The position numbers and the translations under genes are program-made. From NCBI GenBank assembly GCA_047967505.1, contig CM106538.1: a stretch of 64,000 bases of DNA; one strand, 5' to 3'. Position 1 is the first letter of the stretch, and each line of letters opens with the position of its first letter. Below are positions 23,670 to 36,099 of this stretch, piece after piece. Under the pieces are notes generated by a model. That model saw nothing but the letters and a program-made list of their open reading frames with translations. It had not been told where the DNA came from and made no database searches. The stretch comes from Dipteris shenzhenensis (lineage: Eukaryota).

Positions 23670-24074
23670 ACGGCTTCAAGCAGCAAGCCCTTGTGGCTTA
23701 TTGTAATCATCATTATGCTAGCACTCCCTGTTGATTCTCGCAGAATACAACAGCATCCTCACCATCGTGATCGAAGCCGCCGGAGAGAGCAGGGACAACT
23801 GCACCAAAGCCTCCCCACCTCGCCTGTTAGACTGAAGGCCAGCAGAGGATTGCATGCCCAAGCAAACGCCGATGAGGAAACAAGGCTGCTAGAAGTCACA
23901 AATCAGAGGGTGCCAGCGGGCCGGGCAGAAGACGTCGTTAACTCTAAAGTCCTTAGAACAGTTGTTGACGAAGGGCAGCTCCTCTTCCAAGCAGCAGTTG
24001 CTCATTTTCAATTCAGGAAACTCGTGCCAGTCTCAGGGCCGAGCCCAATAGGAAATTCTGCACCAGCGCCGTGA
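23670..24074 (+). pseudogene. CLE-like peptide precursor copy B with start codon ATG changed to ACG
   Basis: ttg acg gct at 23667-23675 versus ttg atg gct in copy A. The rest of the frame is open and the peptide motif is identical. Confidence 0.65.
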
Positions 24075-26907
24075 TTGTTTCAACCATTTCCAAGTTGACT
24101 CAAATATTAGAATTCCACAGTCCTGGAAATCAAGAAAATTTGAATCCTGCAGGCAAGCGTCATGCCAGCTGAGGTCTTGCAAGAAAGATGATATGACAGA
24201 TTGAGTAAGAAACGATGTTCTCTAGGACGGCTAGTTCATGATGAACTAGTCCAGACTCCAAACTCAGTGTGCACCAGAAAAGAGAGTCTGGAATGCTCAT
24301 GCGCGGGTGCCGGATGGAAGACCCTCTCAATTGCTTTGACAAGCACTTAATTTCTTAAAGGGACGGATTTTGTATGCAGAAGGGAGGAAAGCATATGCTT
24401 GAGTAGTATTCAAAGCCGTGGGTTTTTGCATCTCCTTTTGTCTTTCTTTTTAATTCATTCTTTTGGCATGTCCTATACTTCTAAATATGTGATTCAACAT
24501 TGAAAGAATAACTAGATTTGCGGCTGCAGGGAGCCTTTCCATCATGGAGCACGTAACTACTAACTCATAATTGAAACTGAATCCTACTATTTATCAAAAT
24601 TTTAAGGAAAAAAGCGAATGAGTAAAATAGTGGACATTAGACACAACAGAGGGTCCATTAAGACCCGATCCTCCCTGCAAATATCAGGGGTGGTGATTTA
24701 TTATTGATTTTGTGATGCCCATATTTTGAAAGCTGAAGTCCAACAAATACATGAATAAGGCGCTACAATAACTAATCCTCATTGCAATTTATACAATATT
24801 GTCAGATGGACTTTATATTCGTAATGCAACTTTAAAAATCGATATCTTGCACAAACCAGTCATGTAGATTTCTTTTTTTTTCTTCAAACGTGGAAAAATA
24901 GATTCTATCTATTATTCTTGAGCTATCCAAATACTTTAGGTATAAATTAGTCGGTGGATTGTTGGGTTCAAAGCCAAACTTGGAGAATATGTTTACAATA
25001 AAATTGGAAAAAAAAACCTTGCTAGAGGGACCCTTTTTGGCCACATATTTAGATGAATTCAATGACATATTCATGCCCCTAGGGGTGCTGACACTCTAGA
25101 TAAGTATAGCTTTATAGCTCAAGTCATATCCTGTGTTGCACTCTAGGCAACCGGGATGTGTAGGCTAGAGTGGTTCTTGGGTGTCTATGGTCTAACTTTG
25201 GCCTCTGTCGTGATCTCATCAGTGTGCTTGATAAGAGGGATTTCTGCTTTATAAGTGTTTCATTTTTGCGGCTGCAAGTTGTGTGCATTATATCGGATGA
25301 GGCCCAACAATTCCATCAATGTTTTAGTCGCAGTACCTGTCTAAGTATAGGAACCTGCTTCTAGACTAGAGGAAATGGGCAAATTATGTTTATATATGAG
25401 TCTTTCTAGCATAATTTTGTAGGAGAACATATATATATTATGAAGGACATAGTTTTCCATATATTGATCTCGAGTCATTGGGTAGAATCTATGGCTTAGA
25501 GGGCCATTACCTTGTCCAACTCACTCAAGAACCCATTGATGTGTGATACTGGTAGGTCTGCAAGCTTTGGAATGATTACACAACAGTGACGCGGATTCTT
25601 GAAACACTTGTAGGCTGAATCATCAACTATCATTTAAAATGTTGAACTCGTTAAGAGATCGAGATTTACAACCCAGCCATCCGAGATTACAACCCGACCA
25701 TCCACGCTTTGGGATTACCTTCCAGCAAGTGGGATTATGATCACAGAGACTGAGATTACCACCTTCCATTCTCTTCAACTTTGCATGGCAACTCCTATGC
25801 TTTCCTTTAATGTTATTTTGGGTGTTCTCTCAATCGAATCCTTCTTGTGGCAAATGTTTCATCTCTTCATGCTCTTTGAATATTTCTATTCTATGCCTAT
25901 ATAGTTGGTAGGGATAGGAATGCCATTTTATGCCTATATACATCTCTACTTTTTACTTTATAGAATTCTTGCTATTAAAAACACATTTAGCATGCTTGCC
26001 TATTCAAAACACAATTTAGATCCAATCCTCCGACAAATCACAAACTTTTCCTTGAGCTTGTCTATTGAGTGTCTATTGTTGTGTATCTAAGTGTCCATTG
26101 AGTTTCTGACATTAGGGGAGAATTAGGGTCTCCAAAGGGCCCCCAATTAGTGTTTCCTAATTTCAAGGGATTAGTGAGGTAATTGAGGTGTACCAATGGG
26201 AGTGCTCCTTTTTGTGGGGCAATGCCATGTTGAGGTGGAGGGTGGGCAGACCTGCAAGTAGCCCCTATTGGCTACTCCTCTTATATCGCGGACCACTCAA
26301 TCCATCCCCTGACCCTTCTCCCATATGCACCTCCCCCAAACAAGTCTACAAGTCATTCAAGAGGCGGTGGACCCTTCTGGGCAAAATTTTCCCCATCTCA
26401 GCTTGTTACAGGCCTGCCCCCTCCTCTTCTCTGGTCAAGCTCCATTCTCCCTCCATTTTTCAAACATGGGAGCTCATTTGGCATCTTCTTTGCCCCCTCC
26501 TGCTATGGTCCACTGTCTTTCTCCCTCTCCAGCACCTCCTGTAGCAGCTGCTCATTCCTCGCTCATTCTCTCTCCATTCCTAGCTACAGCACCTCCTATA
26601 GCAGCAGTTGCTCATCCCCCTCTGCTCTTTCTCCCTCCATTCCTAGCTACAGTATCTCCTATAGTGGCTGCTCATCCCCCTCTGCTCTTCCTCCCTCTAT
26701 TCCTAGCTACAACACCTCCTGGAGCAACTGTTCATCCCCCTCTGCTCTTTCTCCCTCCATTCCTAGCTACAGCACCTCTTGGAGTTTCTCTCAACCTTCA
26801 GTTGCACCCTCTATACCTTCTCCCTCTCTCTCTCCCTCTATTAGAGCTACTCTCCCTCCAAGCTGCACTTTATAGTCCACTATTGCTATTGTGACCTTTG
26901 TACAAGC

Positions 26908-27625
26908 ATGGTGAGGAGACCATACATGTACTCTGTGTCCCACATGAGCAAAAATGCACTGGGTGAATGGGTGCCTTGCACCTACAGCTTGAATGATTGG
27001 ATAGTCATGAGAGGATCTACCAAGGGTCCACATAATGTTCCCAAGAGCAAAAGAGGTGATCTTTTGCATGAATGAAAGGGCCGCATCATGAAGTTCAAGC
27101 TTGGGAAGAAAGGATGGCTTGCAAAGGTGCAACACATCTACATGGGAAAGGACATGCGCCTTCCTCCATCAAGCAATCAATCGACAATACCATCACATTG
27201 TAAGTCTACATTTTGTGTAAGATTTTGAAGTGTAATGAGTCAGTTTGAGTTTGAAATTGTATTTTGAAATAGCACTTGTGCATAGCAGATGTATTTCCTT
27301 CAAACTTTGAGGAGTGGAAACTAGTCGAGTGCTTCTTAGGTAAGTTTACTGCCATTCAGGAGGATTTAGGAAGGCAAATGCATTCTGGAGAGAAGTCCTC
27401 TGCTTTGAAACAGAGAAATATCTATTGGTGTAATGCCAAGTACATTACTCCAAGGACGGCATTAGGCTATGGGCATCTTCGATGCATTGCAACACCACAA
27501 CTTGAAGACATGGATTGCAGCATGGTGGACACAAGAACAGTGCAATCATACAAGGAAAAGATTGCAAAGGATGTGGGCATGGCTATGAAGTTTATGAGAG
27601 TGCTCTCAACAGAAGCAAGAACGGA
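26908..27625 (+). pseudogene. BAH-domain gene 5' exons, copy B
   Basis: Homologous to 13557-14275. Acceptor catagcag|atgta. ORF 27276 reads VFPSNFEEWKLVECFLGKF..IYWCNAKY. Confidence 0.6.
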
Positions 27626-30600
27626 AGAGGGAGAGAGAGAAACAGAGAGCCACACAAGTTTAGGTGGGTGCAAAACACCCTAATCTTCTTTTCCATTCAT
27701 TTATATATGTGTTTGAGTATTGTACATAACCGGGGTAAAGGTACAGTGACCTTTAACCCCCACAACCTCCCACTTAAAGGACAATGTGCCTTTAAGGGAG
27801 AACAACCGAGGAGCATACTATCCAATGCCCATCAATACACGACAATACTCAAACCGCTGACAAGGTAGACTCTTCGTCAGCATATCTATAGGGTTATCAT
27901 CTGTATGAACCTTGACAAGCTCTATGCGCTTGTCCTCAAGTACCTCCCTGATGAAATGGTACCTGACCTCAATGTGTTTGGTCCTAGCATCAAAGACCGA
28001 ATTTCGTGCTAGCTGAATAGCACTCATGGAATCACTATGCAATGTTGGTACACCTATATGAATCCCCAAATCTCCCACTAGCTGATCAAGCCATATAGCT
28101 TTCTTGAAACTCTCTATGGCTGCAACATACTCAGCCTCTGTGGTAGACAAAGCAACGCACTTCTGTGCACGCGAGACATCCACGACACTGCACCACCTGC
28201 AAAAGGTGAACACAACCAGAAGTGGATCTCATACTATCCACATGCCCTGCATAGTCTGAATCTATATACCCAAGTACATGCATGTCTCCTCTACCAAAGC
28301 AGATGCACATCTCCTTGGTACCCTTCATGTACCTCATGATGCACTTAACTGCCTCCCAATGCCTCTTTCTTGGATTAGCCATATACCGGTTGGTAACTCC
28401 CACTGCAAATGCAATGTCTAGTCTAGTGGCTATCATAGCATACATAAGACTCCCAACCACTGATGCATAAGGAACCTTGGCTATCATGGCCCTCTCCTCA
28501 TCTGATTTGGGACTATTTGTATGACTCAGTTTACAATATGGAGGCAATGGAGTACTCACTCCCTTCCCCCCCTCCATATTGAAACGCTGCAATACTTTTG
28601 CAACATACTCCTTCTGTGAAAGCCAAAGGAGTTTCCTACTCCGATCACGCGTGATGCGCACACCAAGAATATGACATGCAAGTCCCAAATCCTTCATATC
28701 AAAGGCCTCATGCAACTTGGCCTTTAATGCATCCAGCTCATAAGTATTCTTGCTATCCAATAGCATATCATCCACATCTAGTGCTAGGATTATCAGGCTA
28801 TTATCCTTAGCCCTTTTAGTGTAGAGGCAGTGATCAATTTCACTCCTTCTAAAACCCTCAGACCGAATGAAAGCATCAAACTTCTTATACCATTCTCTAG
28901 GCGCTTGCTTAAGACCATAGAGACTCTTCTTTAGCTTGCAAACTAAATGCTCTTTGCCCTTTTCTTCACAGACTTCCGGCTGCACCATGTAAATTTCCTC
29001 ATGTAGATCCGCATGCAAAAAAGTTGTCTTGACATCCATCTGCATAAGCTCCATATCCTCTGCTGCCACTAGTCCAAGCATGCATCTAAGTATGGTCATC
29101 TTCACAACCAGAGAGAATATCTCATCAAAGTCCACACCCTTCTCTTGCTTGAACCCTTTAGTGACTAAATGGGCCTTGTACCTAGGAACTTCATCACATG
29201 TGACCTTCATCTTGTAGACCCATTTACATGGCAATGCTCTCTTTCCATGTGGCAAAGACACCAAGTCCCAAGTCTTATTTTTCATAAGTGAACTCATCTC
29301 TGAGTGCATAGCATACTCCCACTTGCGTTGATCTTCGTGCATCATAGCCTCTCTGTAGCAAGAAGGCTCCCCGTAATCAGCAAGCATCACATAGTCTACC
29401 CCTAGAACAAACCTATCAAGTGGTCTAGACACTCTAGATGATCTTCTTAAGGACATTTCAGCTTGCTGTCTATCAACATATGCAGGTGGATTGACATCCT
29501 GGAAAGTGATTCTTCTCATTTCCACATCCCTCATGGGTGCCTTATGTGGGTGCCATATGCATCTTCTTCTCATTGAAGACTACATCATGGCTGCATATGA
29601 TCTTCTTTGCTTCTAGATCCGAGAGATGATGGCCCATCTCTCCACTTTCACCATAACCCAGAAAGATGCATTTCCTAGACTTAGGATCTAGCTTCTTTCG
29701 AAGCTCTTTTGGCACATGTGCATATCCCTCACACCCAAATATACGCAAATGAGAGTAAGAGGGCTTCTTGCCACTCCATGCCTCTTCAGGAATACCACCA
29801 TCCAAACTCTTACTAGGTGATCTATTGATCACGTGCACTACAGTTTTCATTGCCTCAGCCCAAAAACCACCAGAAAGACTTGCATTGGAAAGCATGCATT
29901 GCAACCTTTCTTGAATGGTACGGTTCATCTTTTCTACAACTGGATTTTGCTCTAGAGTATGAGGGGATCTGAGCTCCCTCTCAATCCCATGTGTATCATA
30001 GAAATGCTGAAAGTCATGAGAGAGATACTCTCCACCATTGTCAGTCCGTAGGCATTTAAGTGTTCTACCTGACTGATTCTCAACCAAGGCCAGCCATTTT
30101 TGAAATACCTGGAACACATCACTCTTCCGAGCTATAGGATAAGCCCACACTTTCCTAGTTGCATCATCAATGAATGTCACCTAGTATTCAGCCCCGCCTA
30201 ATGACCGTGTAGGCATGGGACCACATACATCTGAATGCACCAAATCAAGCTTTTCAAACTCTTTCTTTCCCCTTCTTTTATGGGCTGATTTAGTGTGCTT
30301 CCCATAGAGACAGTGCTCACAAAATTCAAAATCAGAGAAACTCAAATGCGGGGTACATAACCCAAACGGCATAAGAGTTTTATTCCATTCTGGCTCATGT
30401 GCCCCAACTTGCAATAACACAAAGAAGTACTTGGCTACTCGGTTATTGCAACAACATGATCAAACACGCCTGATACATGTAAGGGATACAAAGTCCCACA
30501 CTTGGCACCCTTGGCCAAAAGCATAGAGCCCTTCTGAATTTTCAAACTCTGAAATCCAAAAGTGGTGTGAAAACCAGCATCATCTAGTTGACCCACTGAA

Positions 30601-31048
30601 ATGAGACTCTTGGTGAGCTTATGCAGATGTCTCACATTTTTCAAAATAAATGCAGACCCATTTGCAAAAGAAAACTTTATGTCACCTACTCCCACTATGT
30701 CACATGCATAGTCATTTCCAAGATGCACACAACCTGTCTTTCCACTGTCATAAGTGGAGAACCATTCCCTATGGGGAGTTATAACATGGAATGAAGCACC
30801 AGAATCCAAAATCCAATCCATGGGAATATGCATCATCTGAAGTGGTAAGCAACTCTGCATATAAACTAGTAATGAAGAGAATGTCATTGTCACTATCATG
30901 TGTGACTGCATTGATCTCCTCGATCTATACTTTTCCTTTGTCCTCCCTTGGACTCTCTTCCTTCTTATTTACACCCCAATTGGCATTCTTTTTCTTATCC
31001 TTTTACTCTCTTTTCAGCTTGTAGCAATCCTTTTTCATATGGCCCTTC
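27626..31048 (-). mobile_element. Ty1/copia retrotransposon, copy B (5' part deleted)
   Basis: 3' LTR about 27626-27763, PPT (reverse complement AAGTGGGAGGT) at 27764-27774, RNase H (ALSTTEAEY, RTKHIEVRYHFIRE), RT ORF 28131..29573, integrase 29542..30180, protease DWILDSGASFH. Confidence 0.95.
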
Positions 31049-32208
31049 TACCTTTACCCCATTCTACTTCTCAAATTCCATCCACATCGGGCATCATCTC
31101 TGTTGACCTTGCAACAGTGATATGGTTTCTTGCTCCCCTTCTTGTTGATGGAGAACAATACCTCTTTCTCCATGACATAGAGGTTATGTTTGGTCTCAAG
31201 GAGGATGAAGCTCTTGGTGTCCTGTGTGAATACGAGGTGGACACGACTATGCAAGAACCTGGGTTTTTGGGAGTAGATTACTTTAATGGAATTCTAATGT
31301 AATGTTGGACTATTGCGGGAGGCATTTGAGGTTGACCTATTCTCATCTCGGCAATGCCTTGTTCGCAGTAGCTGCAGCTAAGATTACTCACTGGCACATT
31401 ACCTTGGCCAAGCAAAAGGGCACTTTGTGGTGGTTCAAAAAGTTTTCTCCACATGGCACTGATTACCTCCTAAAGTGCAAGGCCTTGTCACAAGTGAGTG
31501 GTCATGCTGACAAGGTCATTTTGGTGAACCGCATGGCTATCCTCAATGCCTTTGGAACCAATTTTCAATGTATGGCATTGACGGTAGTAGCCATGTCCCT
31601 AGCCAGCACAAGGATAATAGCGTTGACTCTCTATCGACTAGGCTTAGAGCTAGGAGTGTATTTGGGAATTCAAAGCCCGATGTTCTCAGTGTTTTAGAGA
31701 AGAGAGAAAGGCTCTAAAGCCTTATTGTATAGAAATTTTATTTTATATATACTTTTTATACAGTGCCCCATTTTTTGTTCTTTTACAAAATTTATGTTAT
31801 CCTGTCATTGTATTTTATAACTTTAATTGTTGTTGGCATTAATATTTTCATTCACTATTCTGTTCAAAAGCATGGTATCAGATAAATTTTTGCACTATAA
31901 TGGTCATTTCTTAGCAATACAATAAGAATCTCATCATGTTGCAGAAGGCAAATGTGTTTGGCATCGTGCAGGGAGCTCAAAATTGCCAAAACCCACTATG
32001 GCACGTATGAGGCCTGTTTGGTCATGCCAAAACCTGCTATGGTGCGTATGAGGCCTGTTTGACCAAACAGACCTCATATGCACCATAGAGGGCATGTATA
32101 ATAACATGGGAGTAGTAATAGAACATAAAAATATCTTTTATTCATTGGCCTCAAAGGGCAGAGATTTACAAAATAATTCAAGTTACACCAAATGAACCTA
32201 AACAACAT

Positions 32209-33324
32209 CTAGGGCCTAAGGGAGGGATTGGAGTGGATGCGCTTGGCAAGTCCAAGGTCCTGGTCCATCACTGTTACTCTTTTGGCATGGATAGCACATA
32301 AGTTTGCATCTTCAAAAAGACCTACTGTCATCTACTCCATTTCCTCCTGAATTGTTCCCATAGCACCTAAAGTGAAACACACATCATCCTTGTAATGCTG
32401 TGCTATTTCATGTACAACACACTGGAAGGGTGCATGGGGAATGAGATTGTCCACAGTGGTTTGGAACTTGTGGATCTCCTGAAGTGCCTTCACGCCTAAT
32501 TTTTTGTGCCTCTTAATCTTTGGGGGACCCTGCACTGGCCTTTGGACATGGCCCCATGGCCGCTTGTTCACTTTGAACTTCTTTCACCTCTCCTCCCTTG
32601 CAACCACCTCTTCAGACTCCTCTTCCTATGTCTAGTGGGTCTTTTGAGGTGGCTTGTCACTCTTAGGGGTCTTCTTTGTCCTTGGTCTCTTTTCCTTTTC
32701 ATGAGGCTATGAGACAGCAAGCTGAGGCTCTTGCTCAGCTCGTACTAGAGGCTCCTCATATGTGATAATATTGAGGCACAGAGGGTTGATGGTGCTCTTC
32801 CGTGCTGTCTAGTTGGTTGGAGGATTGGAGCCAAGGTTCATTATATCTGCAAGCCTGCCAAATACTTCCTCTTGTTGTGGCCCCTTTAATCTCTCCATCT
32901 CCTCTCTTTTCCTTTCTTGCTCCCCTTGTTGGTCTAGATGCTCCATGCTAGGACCCCACGAAGGAGGGAGGGGCAGTTGATCATGATTGATTAGACTATT
33001 TTGCCCCTCTTGGGAGACCTCTCCACTTCCACGGTTAGTTGTGTGGAAGGACTAAGAGGACACCTGATCGTGCTTGGATCCTTCATCGTGTTGGGATTCC
33101 TCATGGTGCTGAGATCCCTGGGATCCCCCATGAGAGTCAGATGGTGGGGACTCGTGTTGCTTGGACTCCTGATGATGAGAACTGCCTTCAGATCCCTGCT
33201 GATCATTGCCCTCTTGGCCACTGGGGCTTGTAGTGTGTTCGAAAGCCATAGAGTTGTCAGGAGGAGAGCGGGTAGTGTCTAAACGATGTCTAGTGGGTCT
33301 AGCAGTTTGTTTAACTTGTGCCAT
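32209..33324 (-). pseudogene. Full-length long-tailed histone H3-like gene (371 codons, single frame, about 7 nonsense codons)
   Basis: Starts MAQVKQTAR (cf. H3 MARTKQTAR). The same frame continues through TN*TARKST (32791-32817) and RTKKTPKS to the fold ..[30 protein letters not shown]. Confidence 0.88.
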
Positions 33325-33412
33325 AGAAATGAGGGATTTTAGGGTTTTGAAGTGCTTTATATAATCTTTTTTAAAGCACTTTAAGGTTTTTCTTTTAAAT
33401 TAGGGTTTTTTG
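33325..33412 (-). promoter_or_regulatory. Putative promoter of the H3-like gene (TATA box and two telo-boxes)
   Basis: The minus strand reads AAACCCTAA...TATATAAAG...AAAACCCTAAAATCCCTCATTTCT-ATG. Confidence 0.5.
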
Positions 33413-33604
33413 AGTGCACCCCCTCCCCCCCAAATCTATTGTCGCCAGTTCGGTAATACTTAATCTTCACCACCCTCCCTCCCAACCCACTCACCCCTCC
33501 GCCCTGCCATGTCACACATGCAATTTTGCAATTTCCAAACAAATTTGTGAATTTTGTAATCTATAATTGACTCAAAATAGTGTTAACTTTATTCATCAAA
33601 CATT

Positions 33605-35332
33605 TTACATTTGGGTCTCTCTTAGGACCCAACGCCTCCCTTGTCTGACTCTACTTTGCAACCAAAGCGCAACCCCTTGGCTCCCTATTGAGGACTTCCA
33701 AGCACAACATCTCCTTGTCTTCTTGACATGTTGAACTGCTTTTGCGAGACTTGAGACCTCTACCTTATCGCGCTTGAGAGTCCTGGCCTCTAGACATCTA
33801 TAAAACCAGTCGAACATTTCGTGTAGTGCATTGCTTTGCGTGATACCACCCCCATGCATTGTATTCTTGAAGTATGTTGCCTTTGCTCTATAGTGCGATT
33901 TCTCCATTCCTTGAGTATTCCAAATGGACAGAGGGCCCCATTGCTCCACAAATCATGATGCATGTGCATAAAGAATATGCTATAAAGAAAAACATTGTAT
34001 TAGAAACATAAACTGACTCAAGTTTAAAGCACAAAATTTCAACCTAAGGAGGATTACCATGTAATTTGTAATATGTGACTCCCCCCATGCTTCAATGATA
34101 TGAATTCTCCTAATGATGTCCTAAATCTCTCATAATAAAGCTCATCTATTTGACCTTGTCTAAGCAAATTTATAAATGCATCAATCTTTGTCCATAGTTT
34201 TGCTCTCAAAGTAGCAATTTGTGGATGTGAAGCTTGATTTGTAGTGCACTCACACAAAGCTTTCCAATACTCCTAACCTAGGGTGCTTTGAGTGAATGTA
34301 TGTTTTTCTTTATCAGCATTGTGGTTGGACAAGAACCTCCTTGCCTTTCCTCCACCCATGGACACTTAGCAGGAAGATTTTGTGTCTTTCCTGATTGTTT
34401 CTTGTCCTACTTAAGCTTCACATTACCTCCATGAAGTCCCATTAGTGAGAGTAAATCTTCAGCTTTTGCAATGCATTGTGCAGATACTTGTTGTGGCCTC
34501 AAATCCCAAGCATAAACTAGATGGAGATAGAGTAAGTCTAGGGTCCTTCAACACTTCCATGACATCACTTGGCTTTATTAAACTTCTTAGAACATATCAA
34601 GGATCACTATCATCCATTTCCATTGTTCCCATCACATCCTCCATGAAATTCCTATAGTAGAGTACAAATGAGTCTTAGTGGAAACAATGCAACGCCACGA
34701 ATATTTTGGAGTAAGAAATTTCATTGAAAATTTGGGGAACTAACCTTGCAACCCGTGTTCTCCTCTTTTGGGCACCACTATTCATTGACAATGCATCCAT
34801 AGATTGCAATTGTCTTTTCCTCTCCTTCAGTCTCAAAGGTGTTCCCTTCAACTTTGTACTCATTCTATTGACTTCTCTCGTTCCTTCTCCACAGCACGTT
34901 GAACTTGGCCATAGATAGACCTTTCCAAATCTTGTTTGCTTTCAGTGAGCTTCTAGATTGATTATTCCAATTCATGTCGCTCCAAGTCCAATGCATGTGC
35001 TTTGTCACTAAGTTCTTTGTTTTGCAATTGGAGATCCTACATACTATTATGCATTGCCACAATAGTAATATTTCCCAACTGTGCAAGTTCTTATGCTTGG
35101 ACTCTTTGCACCTCACTTGCTTGCATAGCCAATGTCTAAGAATGGTTCAATTGATTGCAATAACCGAGCAATCCAATATGTCCCTTGCCAACAAAAATGG
35201 TAAGCCGGTGCTGAAGCCTGGCTGAAGCCTCTGGCTTCCAATACATGCTTGAGATGTACTAACATTCATCGCACTTCTTGTGTGCTTAACAAGCTTAGTT
35301 ACGATATGCTCGGTTTCCAAACTTTTTTGCAT
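33605..35332 (-). pseudogene. RAG1/Transib/Chapaev-like DDE transposase with a 78-bp intron
   Basis: IFNEISYSKIFVALHCF, VSMGGGKARRFL (cf. RAG1 MNGNFARKLM), and AWGESHITNYM^HILYAHAS*FVEQWGPLSIWNTQGMEKSH (cf. RAG1 ITNYFHKTLAHV..GSIGAWASEGNESGN). GT-AG intron 33980-34057. Stops and frameshifts present. Confidence 0.75.
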
Positions 35333-35439
35333 GGTCTTTTGGAGCCTTTCCTAGATTTAGGTCCTAAACCCTAAACCCTTGAATAAGTAGTGTATTAAAC
35401 CCTTGCGAGCGATGTATTGTTCTCCCAACTATGGCTTAG

Positions 35440-35815
35440 ATCAAAAATTGTGTTCTTGTGACTGAGTTCAAGTGTTTGTTACCCACTTGGAATTCACATG
35501 TTATTTGTAAGATTGGTGTACATGATTTTCGGTGTGTTGTTGCTATATAATTTATTGTTTTTGTATCGTGTTTTTTCCCCTATGCTTTTGTCAGTAGTAA
35601 ATTCTACCCATGCAATAAAGAGTTTCTTTTTCATTTCGGACCCTTTGAATATCCTATCCACACCATTCACAATGCCATCATTGATGTCAAGGTTTCTTGT
35701 GGATATTTCAATAATCATATCTACTTTCACCTATAGCTGCTCTTGTAGTCCACTTGTTTACCTTAGGTCACTTGGGATTGTCATTATTTTGCTGTATGTT
35801 TTTTGTTTGGTGTCC
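35440..35815 (-). pseudogene. Pif1-family (Helitron-type) helicase fragment
   Basis: TSGLQEQL*VKVDMIIEISTRNLDINDGIVNG...IAWVEF..KSIGEKTR matches the Pif1 N.D..DG.VNG region. Confidence 0.65.
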
Positions 35816-36099
35816 TTAGCTGTAAGAATGTGTGCCTCTCCGAACATCATGCACTGTATGAAAAGGAGGACTCTTTTGGGTGGCAAGGTCTAAAGGATAC
35901 AAATTTCCATCCACCCAAAGGTCAAGATGCTTCTTCCCTTGCAATCAAAGACTGTGGAGCACACTTTGAGGAGTTCCACTATATCCCAAACAGTGTGTGC
36001 TTGTATATTCTACCTCCAGTTGTAAGTTCACATGGTACTTGTTGGATATGTCCTCTGGTGCCATGAGTACTCAAAGAGAGGTATCAGTGATGCAGGCTA

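Larger units (their letters stand above)
22358..32557. repeat. Segmental tandem duplication, copy B
   Basis: Colinear with 8192-22252. It lacks A:11162-11722, the MITE A:16260-16506, A:about 16906-20598 and A:about 20820-21050. It retains the copia RNase H and 3' LTR that A lost. Confidence 0.95.

Noticed and set aside
33001-33282. Hydrophobic membrane-protein-like ORF on the + strand
   Set aside because: It is the antisense shadow of the Gln/His/Glu-rich H3-like tail.
32209-33324. Host centromeric histone CENH3 or canonical H3
   Set aside because: Loop 1 is not extended, the gene is intronless and inside a TIR element, and it is too divergent and long-tailed for canonical H3. Not fully excluded without a phylogeny.
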